Numbered from the whole stretch's first letter, positions 50,528 to 62,986 are shown. The stretch is 62,986 bases of DNA, filler included, from Reticulomyxa filosa (GCA_000512085.1; 17 parts of 17 records of this genome joined end to end with filler, not necessarily neighbours in it); one strand, 5' to 3'. Program-made: numbers and translations. Notes: generated by a model from the sequence alone, not told the origin.

Positions 50528-52910
50528 TTAGTAAACTGGCATCAGCTCAGAAGCACCAGGCTGCTTCGGATCCAATTTTGCAAACCATGGAACATTTTCG
50601 GTGAGATATCGATGCAATTTAGTTGCATCATTTGAATGCAAATAGAACCACGTGGAGCCAAAAAAGTCACCTCCAAGAATTCGTCCAAGCCACGAGATTT
50701 GCGATCGAACTCCACGAAGATAAAAGCAAGTGAAGTCACGCCAAACTCGACCACTTTGTTCATATTTCATTTTTGTTTGATATTTGTCATTGGTATGCCA
50801 GTAAACGGCCAAAACAAGCAATAAGAACCAGTCCATGGTCGCAAAGGCAACAGCAACGCCTGTTGAATAGAACGTTTGGTTACGGCACAAGGCATCATAC
50901 TCATCTGAATATTTCGTCTTCAGTTCGCTGGACTTTTCTTCTCCATTGGCAAGATCTCCCAGCCTTCGTCCGTCCTGCTTCTTGTTGCACAAAATATATT
51001 CTATAAATGCACGTTTTATTTTTTTTACCAAGGGGACAAAAGTTATGTTCCTGTCAGTTTTTTTTTTTAAAAAAAAAAAGAACTTGAGTGGTCATTATAA
51101 TTATTCTCCCATGTCTTATCAAAATTAAAAAACTCGACGTTTTGGAAGACTTCATGAGTGACTGAAGTCATAGCAACTGCGCTAATGAACAAAAATACCA
51201 ATGATACCGCAAAGCCAATCGTGAGCTTTCGCACGTTTTCTCGAGGCAAGCGGGTGTCACTGTCTAACTGCAATTTGTTGATTTTGTTGTCACCGCTCAA
51301 GCAACTATCACAACGTCCGTTTGGTGTAGAGCAATACCAAAGCTCAAACACATTCACCACAAATGCAATCCATAACAATGTCATTGACGGCTCTACGCAT
51401 TGCACATCCTATTCCATTTTTCAACCATTCAAAAACCCAATACACATCCCCCCCCTCCTTGTTTACTAGTGACATTTTTTACTGTACGTTTGTAGCAAAC
51501 GGTCTTTTCAAATTTGCAAAATTTGCAATACCACCACTCCTCCCCCCCTTTTTTTTTTTATGTTTAAAAACAGGCATGATCCAAAAAATTTAACTTTCTT
51601 CATATGTGCTTGATACAGCACAATGGTGGCAATACACACCCAAAACCAGATGGCAAAGGCACCATTGTAAATTGTCAAGTAAGCCACGCCAAACGCAAGT
51701 TTAAAAAGTAACATAAAAGGCAGCATTAACAACTCAAATATCCGCTTCGCTCTTCTCCAAGCGCTGTACAAAAAAAAAAAAAAAAAGTTTTCAAATTTTT
51801 TTTACAAGGACAACAAAAAAAAAATTATCAATAACAAAACCTGTTTGCCTCGGGAGGTATATATATAGCTTCCAGTGATTAGACCCAAAGGTTTCTTTTT
51901 CAGCGTTACCAATAGTGTGCAATGGAATATACGTAACATAGTCATCCGCTTTTGCGAAATCAAAAAAACGCTATTTTTATTAACAATAATAATAACAAAA
52001 AAAATTATCGCCCCCCTTTTTTTTAAAAAAAAAAAAAAAAAAATTTTGTAACTCTTTTTCGTAATTCAATTTCAATTATACAACCAACAAGCAGCAATGC
52101 AGGTACTAACACCAACACACACATCAAGAACACGGATATGTTCGGACCAGCATTAGACGTAAACAAATACTTGGCCACGGCAAAAATCAAGGAAATCAAC
52201 AAGATAAATGCGGCAGCGTACGGTGAGGTCATGGTCAATTTTGACAAACCTCTGGCTCTGCTCACAAACCGCTCTCTCACAGTCAACGCACATGTTTTCC
52301 GGTCATGATACACCGCTGTTGTCCTTACATAATTTTTATCCATATCATACATGTCACTCTGAATGTAAAAGTCACCATCTCCAACTGCTTCCTTCCAATT
52401 CACTGGAGGATGAAGCATCTCTTCCACATTTTTTGACGACCAAATCCGAACAACACTAAAGCATACGTATTTTTTTTTAAGTTCATTGAAAGCATGTCCA
52501 AAAAAAAAATATAAACATTTATAATTGTGTTGCACGTAGCTCAGTTCCGTACAAAACTTTTGCGGAAATTTTTTGACTTCGAGAATTCTTGCACACCCAA
52601 TCCGACCGCTGCACACATCCAAAACACCAAATCTTTTCTCACAAAAACCCAAATCATGTAACCCAGGCCCATTCCAAACAACAATCCGACTAACAGCAGT
52701 GTGAAGTTGTAGGTTTTTATCTATTTGTCCATTATGTATACTTTTTTTTATCCAGCAGGCAGAAAAAAAAAAAAGGGTATTTGCACGTACCTCCAACAGT
52801 ACTTCTTTTTGCGTTTCAGCTCGACCTTCTTCACCAGTCACCAATTCTGTTGTTTTAGTTTCGCCAGCTTGATTTGTCTGGACTGGTGGCTCATATTGAG
52901 GACGAGACAT
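50528..52910 (-). CDS. Hypothetical multi-pass membrane protein, about 7 exons
   Basis: ORFs 52023-52910, 51508-51771, 51067-51405 and 50528-51031 are separated by poly-A/T introns and carry about 7 hydrophobic segments. No family recognised. Confidence 0.6.
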
Positions 52911-54679
52911 TTTATATTTGAGAAAAATACTGTCAAAACAACAACTGCATAAAAAAAAATTCTTTTAACCCTTCAAAAAAACCTGTTTTTACAACAAAAA
53001 CGCTACAGTTAGTTACGTGAAAATGCAAACAGAAGAAAAATTATGTATAGTTCTAAATAAATCGGTAGAATTCCAGCTATGTAGTATAACCTTCAGACAA
53101 CAATATAAATACCGAGATATTTGAAAGGGATAGTATTAAATCACTATCATTTTCCACATCACCGCAATAAATTTTTTGTTATGATTGAAACAAAAAATTG
53201 TAAATAACTTGTTAAAATTTTTGAATAGCATTTCATTTGTGCTTGTACAATTGTGATTTCAAAAACAGCTAGCCACAGATAATTTTTTTCCTGTAAAAGT
53301 GAAAAAGTTTTCCCTTTTTAGAAAAAAGTTCTCTTGGCCTGCAAATGTGATTTGGCTCTTCTCTCTTTAAAACAGCATCCACTCAAGCTTGCACAACATG
53401 CGACTCACTTTCGAGCGTTCTTGCCAATGTGTCCCTCAGTAAAAGTGCAGCAGCTGCTGGAAAAGAAAGAGGAGAGTTAGTATAAATCCAAGACATCTGA
53501 AACAACAACATCCGAAAAGAGGTGCTATTATTGTAGTTCAAACAAATACACTTGTCGACTGTGGTCCATTTAACATTGGCAACATTCAGATTAATGTTAC
53601 ATCTCTATCTTCACAGTCGAAGCGAGGGCACCAACTCCATAGTACGTTTCACTTTCAAAATAAAAACAAACTGAATAATCAAAGTGACAAAACAGTTTAA
53701 TTTAAATTGTTTAGCCGATGAACTTAAAATATCTTTATCTATTGGGAGTAACAAATGGAAAGTGTTATGATTCGCAGAGAGAAGTTGTTTTTTTAATTTG
53801 TGAAAAAAAAAAGAAAAGATTAATCTTGGGTGTTTCGTTTGATTACAATTGACTTTCACACATACTATTTCTCATATTTATCAATTAGTCAAGAATTATA
53901 ATGTTATTTAGTTGCATAGTAGGAATTGTGGAGAAATTTAATAACAAATGACAGTTATGGTTGCCCCTTTTGTCGAAATTGTTTGATCTCTTATTTGAAT
54001 TGGAAGAAATGTCATCACAAAACTAGGCTCTTGTCTATACATAATATGACGTTCTGTAAATGTAAGAAGTTGATGCATTTAGTAATCAAGTGACAAAGGC
54101 TTTGTTGATAGAGTCAGGACGCATTGTATCAAGAAGTTTTCTAAAATATTGTTGAAATTCCTTAAACTATCCATTTAAAGCTGCGAGTAAAAGCTCTAAA
54201 ATCTTTTAACTGTGCTGTTGTTTGGACAAAGAAAAACAGTGCTTCACTTGTTTTTTCAGAACAGTGCTTGTGGTTTGTTGTTTTTTAAATTTCTGTATCA
54301 TTGCTTGTAAAAGTAGCCTGATATGACACAGTTGCAGCCATGTTTGTTTTGTTTTTTTTTTGTTTTGCTTCCTTTGACCTGAAGGAAGTTCGAAACAGTA
54401 GCTAGACAGATGTTTTCTGATAAAAAATTAGGCCTCCACTTGTGATATAGCTGATTCAAAGCGTTCGACACGATGTTAATCCATTCTCAAAAAAATATTT
54501 GATAACAACAAAATCTTTAACATCGTATGCATTGACGTGTAAAAACGGAGTGAGTTTTGGAAAATTTGGAATATCCAAAATATTAAAAATTAAAATGTAA
54601 TAAGAAAAAAAAATCATAACATTAATACTCTGCCAGAATAGTATCCTTGGAAAAATACTTAAAAATAACAGCCGACACT

Positions 54680-55101
54680 CTACCTCAACTGTCTTTTATT
54701 GTTATCCCTTGTAACGGTACAATCCATGTTTTTGTGCTTTCTGTCCGTCCACGGCACACAGTTATTTTGTTTGAAGTCGGACGAGTGTCTACCTTTCCCG
54801 TTGACTCCGGTATACACCTCAATGTGACCGTGGGTATGGGTACCTACATGCTGAAAAATCAAAATATCAACGAGGATCAAATCCGTTTCTGAAACATTTC
54901 CCGTTTCACTCCACTTTTTTTTCCATACAAATCCAACCGCTTCATAAGAGGCCCATATTGATACGCAGATCCCTTTCTACTGGTTTCGACTTTCAAAGCA
55001 GCTTCAACTGCTTCACGAACGTACTTACCACTCGTCTTGGGAGCTCTCTTTGGCACGGTTACATGTTTATTGAGCGATTTTTTTTTGCTTACCTTCACCA
55101 T
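54680..55101 (-). pseudogene. Tae3/Dae3-like (NlpC/P60-CHAP) peptidoglycan amidase, disrupted
   Basis: SGKYVREAVEAA...SAYQYGPLMKRL, a frameshift near 54933, then GF...VDILIFQHVGTHTHGHIEVYTG...SSDFKQ. Matches the bacterial pattern CAxYVRxAxEAGG...SAxDYGPxL...GF...GDxxVxQ...HPxGHxxxYxG...WxSDFxQ. Confidence 0.7.
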
Positions 55102-55485
55102 TATCAGCCGCCATCGTGGTTGACAAAGTACCAAAAAAAGCTTACAGAACACAGGACTTTTTTGCAACAGTTCTATTTGTTAAGCACTTTTTGTTTTATT
55201 TGTTGATTTTGGGTTTATTCTTCCTTATCAAATTTATTCATTTTTGTTGAAAACTAACCCTAAAAATAAACAAGAATAATTTTTTAAGTTTTTAATTTAT
55301 GTTTAAAATTACATGATCTATAATGCATAGTATGATATAAGTCTCATATTCTCTTCAGTATGATAAAACCAAGTTTGTTCCTGCGAAAGAAAAGAGTTTT
55401 TCTTTAAAAAGCAAACCTCTTTTTAGTTAGCATTCTTGTGGTAATTTTTTGACTTTCCGTAAATTGTGAAAAAGAAAAGTGGAAC

Positions 55486-56305
55486 ATGGCACAAGCTCCA
55501 ACGACCACTGAAAATAATGCGACCACTCGTTTTGACGAGATCAAGAAAATGGGCTTTGTTTCTCAAACGAACTTTTTCGTAAATGTTTGGTGGTCGAACC
55601 TTGTAAAGAATGACGAGCACAAAAACGCTATCGTATTGGTATTGGGCAAATTTCACGAGCAGAACATCAAATTTGGAGCACCGCCAAATTGTATTTCTTC
55701 TGTTCAGGTGTGTTGGCTTTGGAATACCTTAAAGAAGGAAAAGAAATTTTGTTTTTATTGAAAGTTTATAATTTACATTGGATATCTAGTGCCTGCCAAT
55801 GTGCGAACACAATACAGTTTTGCCACATATTGCAACAATTGGAAAAGAACAATGAATTAATTGGCATTGCATTCCAAAATGGTGACAGAACAAAAATAGG
55901 AAAAAGATTTGTCAGTTGCGGCATAGCAAAATTGTACGGTTTTCTTTTTTTTAGAAAAGGGCAAATCTAGGTTCGATTTTGTGGGACGGGACGTACACAA
56001 AAAAAAAAATTTTCAAAACGCGGAATTAAAAATGTTTTGAACTTTGGAATGTGAATGTTTGGACAGTTCAGAGGTTACTTTGCTGGAAGCATACATATTT
56101 TTGTTCACTCTAAACGTCAACGAGCTCATGACAAAACCTTCCACTCCTTGTGAAGAAGCCGTTCGCAAAGCGAAAACTGACCTGGCAGCTCTTGAAGCAC
56201 GTCAAAAAGAGATCTTAGGTAAAAAGGAAGCTCTGGAAGCGAAAATAGAAAAAAACAAATCCGAACACAATTTGTCACCAATTCAAGTAGCGCAAACGCA
56301 ACAGG
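55486..56305 (+). CDS. 34-kDa calcium-regulated actin-bundling protein (ABP34/abpB)-like, multi-exon, 3' truncated, possibly disrupted
   Basis: RFDEIKKMGFVSQTNFFVNVWW resembles ABP34 FxxVAKLPFSQQAVHFLNAYW; EVTLLEAYIFLF...EEAVRKAKTDLAALEARQKEI resembles RVSFLEYLL...PEIKKARLALEEV. In-frame TGA near 56038. Confidence 0.55.
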
Positions 56306-56469
56306 TACGTTACTCCCCTCTTTCTCTTTTGTTTAAATGTAAGGTTGAATAAATTTTGGCAACACTCAANNNNNNNNNNNNNNNNNNNNNNNNNNNNNNN
56401 NNNNNNNNNNNNNTTAATTAATTAANNNNNNNNNNNNNNNNNNNNNNNNNNNNNNNNNNNNNNNNNNNN

Positions 56470-57603
56470 AAAAAAAAAAAAAAGCACCTTCATTTTATTT
56501 AAATCAATGTCATTACCCATTTCTTGTAGATCTTTATAAATATTTTCGGCTTGTCTTTTTTCTGCTTCTTCTTCCATCCATTTTCTCTCCTTTTCAGTTT
56601 CTTTTCTCATCCACTCTTTCACTCTTGTTTTTAAATGTATTGTTTCGTTACTCGTGATATAATGTGATCCAATAATATGCACAAATACAGCATCTGTACT
56701 CAATATTCCAATACAACCAGTCAATGCGATATGTAAATTTTGTTCAAACTTCATCCATGTATTATCCTTTATTGAGTATCTATGCACCAATTTCGAATCA
56801 GTCACAGTACTAATTCCACCAAAAAATAAGATAACGTCATTGATTTGAACATAGAAATAATCAGTCACTTTTCTCATTGTTGTACAAATTGGCACTTTGA
56901 AGAATTGAAATGTATTATTTTGTTCATCATATTCAATTGACAATCCCATATTACCACAAAATAAAAGCATTTCAGTTTTGTTTTTGTTTGATGATTCATT
57001 TTTCGTTTTTTTCACAAAACAATGATGCCATGATAATATGTTAAACGATAAAGCCTGCTGCTTAACAATTTGATATTTATTCAAATCATAAACAGAAATA
57101 TTCTTTGGACGATGAGCGATGAATAATAAGTGATTGTTGCTTCCACCAATCACCGCACGTGCTCCTTCATAATCATCTTTTTTTCTTCCAATTTCAATAG
57201 AAACATGGAAGTTGTCAGTCCAAGGAATCCATTTATTGTATTGGATTATGTTTTCTTTTTTATTTTGTTCTGTGTTGTCCCAAACACTTTTATATTTCAT
57301 TACCAATACATGTTTATTTTCTCCACCAAAAGATAATAAAGTAATTATATTCGAATTGTTGTTATTTATGCGCTTCACTACACAATGTCTGACTAATTCG
57401 ATTGAATCTGGGTAAGAACAAATCAACTTGTATTGATTTTTAAGTGTATGGTACGAATAGCAATCGCGATTATTATAACCTCCACAAATAAGAATTTCGT
57501 TTTTGTGACTCACACATTGAAATCTCTCAAAATGAGAAGGCAAAGAAGGCAAGGTTTGGAAAAGGGTTTCAGATTCTTCTAATTTGGTATCATTTAGAGT
57601 CAT
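56470..57603 (-). CDS. Kelch-repeat beta-propeller protein (lineage-expanded type), 3' truncated
   Basis: FQTLPSLP...QCVSHKNEILICGG...CYSYHTLKNQYKLICSYP, LLSFGG, RAVIGGSNNHLLFI, VILFFGG...VHRYSIKDNTWMKF, then a coiled coil. Confidence 0.85.
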
Positions 57604-57883
57604 TCTAAATAAAAAGCCAAAGGTGATTGAGTATGATTTTATTCTTTGAGTTTTTTTTTTTGTATTTATAAAAATCCTTTTAAAAAAAAATTGTTGAATT
57701 GAATGCAATTTATTTACTAAGAATCAAATTTTGCAAACTGATTTCTTTCAATGCATTGGATGAATCTTTATGATTATCATCACAAATTTCTATTATACAA
57801 TGAAATAGCAGTGAAACAAGCTCTTACAAAAACAAATCACAAATGAGCAATTTATAAGGACATTTATTTGAGTATTGACTTCA

Positions 57884-58878
57884 CTATCCCCAAATACGAA
57901 TAAAATCATTACATGAGTAACACAAATCAATATTACAATCAATATCATTGCTTTTTTTTTTCTTTTTATTCAAAAATTTAAAACATGTTATTACAACATC
58001 TTTTACACTTTCTTTTCCATCTTCTTCTTCTTCTTCTTTGATCAAATATAATTCCTTCTTATTTGATCGAATATCCCAAAATCGAATTGTATTATCCCAT
58101 GATCCAGAACATATCACATTTGAATTACCATCAATCTCGATATTATTTACTATAAATGGTGCATATCCAACATAAGCTATATCTCTTAAATGTCCATTAA
58201 ACACTTGAATTTGATCATTTGATCGAATATCCCACAAACGAATACTTTTATCATTTGATCCAGATAATATTGTATTTATTAATTCATTTGATCCATATTT
58301 TACACTATTTACACAATCTGTATGTCCTTTGTATACATTGAATTGTTTGGTTGTTTCAATATCCCATATTCGAATGGTTTTATCAAATGATCCAGAACAA
58401 ATAGTATATCCATTACCACCAATCACACCAATTTTATTAGTTTTATTATCATTATTGCCTTGCAATGGTGAAATATCAACACACCGAACAGTATCTTCAT
58501 GTCCATTGAAAATATGTAATGATTTTGATGTTTCAACATCCCATAAACGAATTTTTTTGTCATATGATCCAGAACACAAATACCTACCATTATTAAATGA
58601 CGAAAATTCAATGCAACAAACGCCATTACTATGTCCCTTAAATATTTTCAATTGTTGATTATTATTGAAATCCCAAAAACGAATAGTACCGTCCGATGAT
58701 GAAGAACAAATGACATGACAACAATTATTATAATAATGATATTGTGAAAATTTCACACAATTAACATCACTTGAATGTCCATTAAATGATTGAATTTGTT
58801 TATTGTTGTCAATATCCCATAAACAAACTGTATCATCATCTGATCCAGAACAAATGAATTGATTATCATCAAATGTGA
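57884..58878 (-). CDS. WD40-repeat protein, 5' truncated
   Basis: Repeated GH...V..V.FS...ICSGSxDKTIRxWD units (about 6 visible). Confidence 0.95.
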
Positions 58879-60648
58879 NNNNNNNNNNNNNNNNNNNNNN
58901 NNNNNNNNNNNNNNNNNNNNNNTTAATTAATTAANNNNNNNNNNNNNNNNNNNNNNNNNNNNNNNNNNNNNNNNNNNNTCAATTTTTAAAATTATTTATT
59001 TTAAAATTTAGAGTTGTTTGATTTATGAATTGATTGATAACAAGTTTTAAATTTTGATGAATTGAAAGTTATGATTCTGGAAATAAAAATATTTACTTCA
59101 ATTTTGCATAATTTTTTTAAAAAAAGACAAATTTTTAATAAATTAAATACACTCAATGTTTCAAAAGATTACAATTCAATTGTTTCTTAATACTAAATGA
59201 ACATCAATTGTCATTTTACTTTAAAATTTATCAAACTATGCATTATCTAAGCAAACATGATTTTTTTGGATATTATCTTTATGCGTAACAAAATTGATAA
59301 TCCATTGGCAATAGCATTGCATCATTTTGTTGTTTCTTTTGAAGAATGTAAAATTGATTTTTTCAAAGATGTCTTTAAATAATATTTTCATTCATTGTCA
59401 TATTTATCATCTACAAATAATCTATTATTCAACGATCCAAAATATATTACATCACTGAACTATCATTAACTTCAAATTAGTTACTATATCAATTAACGAA
59501 TGCTTTATTTGACTTTGATAGAAATGATTTGTTTGAATTTTAACATTTTTTTGCAAACAATGAAAAAATTCGGATTGATATTTGCATTAACTGTAAATAT
59601 CATTTTGTATTGTATCACAAACAAGACAAAGAAATACAATCAGCCGAATGAGACTAAATTAATGTTATGCGCGAATACTAGACCGAATTTTTGATAGAGA
59701 AAGAGTATATGCTCAAATAAATGTGGACGAATATTCTAAATCGATTGAAATGAATTTATACCACCAAATGATATACAACTTTTTAATTACACTTTCATAT
59801 GCATTTACAGATGCTTTTTTTAATACGTTTAGTTGCACATCAACCAAAAGATTATTATAAAATTTTTATTATTTATTTGATTTGAAATATATATGTTTCA
59901 TTACAATCAGAATATAACAGATACAATTTTCATCAAAAGTCCTAAAATTATCCATATTCAAGAAAAAACAGTATTAAAGGGATTTAATGCATTTATTGAA
60001 CAATTAGAATAAATGTATTTTAATATTGGACTTCAAAATGATTTATAATGAAAATAACATTTAGAAAAACAAAAAGAGTTTAATTGCTTACAATTATTTT
60101 CGTAGTTTCGAAGAATTCAGAATATTATTTAAAACTTGAAATATTTTATTGTCATTGAGTCTTTTCAAAGAACAATAATAGATAACATATTCAATGCTTT
60201 AATTTGATAATATTTCAAAGAGAAGAATTGAAAACAAAGTTCAAAAATGGTTCAATCAAAATAGTATATGTGAATTCTCAAAGAGGGAAAGACTTAGTAA
60301 ATTGAAAGAAGATAACAAATCCCAAAAAAAAAGAATATTAAAGAAGTAGAAGATCCAAATATCACTAAAGTAAATATTTTTGTTAACATGGCTCAAGTTA
60401 CGCTTCAATGAGTCTTTTTCTTCAATAAAGACTTAATAACAAATTTTAGATTGAATGAATTGAAATGAAAATTAAAACAAAATTTTGTCAATGTCTTTTT
60501 ACTAAAAAAAATTGATAAATCAAAAAATTTCATTCACATATGTTTATNNNNNNNNNNNNNNNNNNNNNNNNNNNNNNNNNNNNNNNNNNNNTTAATTAAT
60601 TAANNNNNNNNNNNNNNNNNNNNNNNNNNNNNNNNNNNNNNNNNNNNA

Positions 60649-61161
60649 CTTAATGAAACACAAGGGACATGCGATGCATATGAAACTTCTACTTGCAATT
60701 CCAATAATTCCTATCTCATTGTAAACAATTTATGTCTGAATCAACAAAAATGCCAAATCCCTGTCAGCAATACTGAATTTGACGGAGATCCATGTGTAAA
60801 TGTGCCAAAGCATTTGTATGTCCAAATACAATGCACTACCCAACTATCACAATTGGCACAACTTAATGCTACTATTCCAACAGGATCTTTTGCCAATGTA
60901 TTTATTCGAAGCCTTATGCCCAGGTATGGGGATAATCTCAACCCAGACAAAAGTATCTAGTTTGCAGACTGTGTTTTGAATGTAACAAACAGCATTTCGT
61001 CAGCATCAACATGGAAAATATATGAAAGCAAACAAATTGTATGGCAAACTGGACAATTTGTTAGCGGAGATGCCGGAGTTTTGACCGGAACGATGCCAGA
61101 TCAGTATACGGTGCAATTTTTGGTGGCTTCTGGCGAATATATTTTTGATTTGTTTGCTTAA
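60649..61161 (+). CDS. C-terminus of a GH78 alpha-L-rhamnosidase-like protein with an inserted SUEL/Gal_lectin domain; intron 60924-60992
   Basis: GTCDAYETSTCNSNNSYLIVNNLCLNQQKCQIPVSNTEFDGDPCVNVPKHLYVQIQC shows the SUEL Cys pattern with DPC...K.L. It is followed by LNATIPTGSFANVFI...IYESKQIVWQTGQFV...VQFLVASGEYIF (GH78 C-terminal pattern). Confidence 0.7.
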
Positions 61162-62986
61162 TGTCTTTTTTCTTATAGTTTTGTAAAAGATAAGTTTGTT
61201 CAACTAAACTTTTAGTTGTTTATCGACATACAATTACATTTGTGAATTCACCAAATATCATTGAATACAAAAAAGGAAAAAAAAACCAATCAGTTAATTT
61301 TCTACGACAAATTGATGATTTTTTTTTTTCATGTCGATACAAACCGAATTTCAAATTAGTTACTGATATGTGTCAATAAAGACTCTAACAATCAAACACT
61401 AGCAGAAATTGTTGAAAAGATAAATAAATCAACAGTTAATAAAGATATTAAATGTTATACTTTTGACAAAGAATACAAGTAGAAAGAGGTAGCCGTTAAT
61501 GGTATTGGACTAGAAGAAAACATCGACTACATTAATGCACAATTTATCGATCTTTGAAATCATAATATGTTATCTACATTTACTACAATTCGATCGAACA
61601 AGCTAGAAAGCAAAAAGAAAAAGAAAATTTACATATTAGTTTTGTGCAAGAAACAATAATCAGCAAAACAAAAATCAGATGTTAATGTTGTTAAATACGT
61701 GCTGATTTTACAATATGATAAATCGAAAGGAAAAAGCTTCGAAGAAAAGCAATCAACTGAAATATTGAAAAAACAAATGTGCTAAATCAAAAGGAAAGCA
61801 AAATGTACAAGTATAACAATCATTTGAATGAAAAATTTAGAAAAAAATTTCAACGATTAAAAGAAAATAAACGGAAAAAGAGATCGCTCTCTTTATTTGG
61901 TAAAAGAAGTTGAATAGCTTAATCTGGTGGTGCAGACAATTCAGATTGCAGTACATCAGATACAGAATTCTGTCAAAAGACAAAGTCAAAAAAAACAAAA
62001 CAATATAAAACAAACAAATATTACAACATGATAAATTTTTTTCTATTGTAAGTATTTATATGAAGTATTATATGTTTTGTTTTCTTTTTTTAATTTGCGC
62101 TATGTTCTTTTGAATAAGGCGCATTGACCAAGTTGTAAGTTTACTGATAGTTTGCGCATTGGATCTTTTAAAAAATTCATTTTAACATCGTTTATCATTA
62201 ATATCAACTTTGCAAAAAAAAATTAAAATAAAAAAAGATGAAAAGAAAGCACCCATTTTAGTTTTTGGGTCATGCTCCTAGAACTCTTAGAATTCAATTC
62301 TTCATTGTTGTCCTCATCAAAAATTTTAATGACCCATGAACTTGTTAATGAACGTAAAGATAAACGTAATAAAATACAAAAAATTTGTTTGTGACAATAT
62401 ATTCCCCAACTCTGTGGGAATCAAACACACGTCAAAGATATCGAGTTTGTTGTGCTTTCAATCTCTCTAAAGTCCAACCCACTGACATTCAAAGTTATGA
62501 TGCCCTAGAATAAAAAAAAAAGATCTACAAAGTTCAAAAACCAATAAGTGTTCATTCATTAGTTATAAATTAATTTTATGAGGAGTGTAAATTAAAACAT
62601 ACTCGCTGGGTGTAAAAATAAAACAGAATTTTTTGTTGATATTGTGATTTTAGTTAAGGGGTGCGACCTCTTTGATTGAAACCAAAATTCTTTTTTAAAT
62701 AGTTGTATTGAAATACATCATAATGCAATTATCTGGATATTTTACAGTAGCAATTCTTAAAGATATGTATTTGCGAAAAGATTGACGAAAATGTGTTGGC
62801 CTCGAGAAAGTTAAAAAGGATCACAAATGTTAGGAAAAAAAATAATATACTAAAGGCAAGTTATAAAAAAGAATGTCATTCAAAACAGAAAAAAACAAAA
62901 CGCTAAAATTGAGTCGTTGAAAGAGAACTTGCAATTGTGGTAATAAAACTGTCAATGTGAAATAAGTTGTGATCATACAAGCAATA

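Larger units (their letters stand above)
1551..60647. other. 16 artificial 100-nt contig spacers (N44-TTAATTAATTAA-N44) at 1551, 18119, 21290, 22614, 28429, 29693, 32124, 33401, 39738, 41101, 45174, 46297, 49979, 56370, 58879, 60548
   Basis: Identical linker with stop codons in all six frames, flanked by 44 Ns on each side. Genes are cut off abruptly at these points. Confidence 0.98.

Noticed and set aside
54877-55167. Linker histone H1-like reading of the basic ORF (EAALKVETSRKGSAYQ)
   Set aside because: The downstream frame supplies HxHGHI and SDFKQ motifs; the amidase model explains the whole region better.
19389-56040. Stop-codon reassignment or selenocysteine from in-frame TGA/TAG/TAA in several frames
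   Set aside because: Conserved genes end normally in TAA, TGA or TAG and have no internal stops; interrupted frames also carry frameshifts, consistent with pseudogenes or introns.
58979-60547. HEAT/NACHT-family gene remnant
   Set aside because: Too degenerate; only a faint QIDNIFNALI-like segment, so no call can be supported.
1551-60647. Regularly recurring TTAATTAATTAA palindrome as a CRISPR-like or biological repeat; ORFs ending in LIN
   Set aside because: Artificial six-frame-stop linker inside N runs.
1-62986. Gene cluster or HGT island made of MMPL, ASCH, amidase and GH78 genes
   Set aside because: They lie on different concatenated contigs, so their co-occurrence carries no linkage information.

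Overview
Eukaryotic, AT-rich, intron-containing DNA. The window is 17 separate contigs joined by 16 artificial 100-nt spacers (N44-TTAATTAATTAA-N44), so adjacency across a spacer means nothing. Short GT-AG introns, poly-A/T and (TA)n tracts, many decayed gene copies and Kelch/WD40/caspase-TPR family members suggest a rhizarian protist, probably the foraminiferan Reticulomyxa filosa (inference, not checked). Recognisable genes: MMPL/RND transporter (3' part), ABHD17-like hydrolase, AAE17/18-like acyl-CoA ligase, proteasome beta-7 (PSMB4), EF-hand/coiled-coil protein, RasGEF relic, YqfB-like ASCH protein, PRA1, SNM1B/Apollo-like nuclease, DeSI1 exon 1, SLC35B3-like transporter, JmjC/cupin_4, purple acid phosphatase, E2 pseudogene, LINE endonuclease relic, RS/RD-repeat protein, NELF-C/D, PB1-pseudocaspase-TPR, ABP34-like actin bundler, Kelch, WD40 and a GH78 C-terminus with a SUEL lectin. 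Most interesting: (1) a spliced gene with a Nup98-type GLEBS motif flanked by WG/GW repeats instead of FG repeats; (2) a disrupted bacterial Tae3-type (T6SS amidase effector) peptidoglycan hydrolase gene, i.e. a candidate domesticated amidase; (3) a PDZ-like domain inserted in an acyl-CoA ligase; (4) a eukaryotic YqfB-like ASCH domain; (5) a 39-bp hairpin whose mismatches are all G-U. All family calls come from motif recognition by eye; no searches were run.
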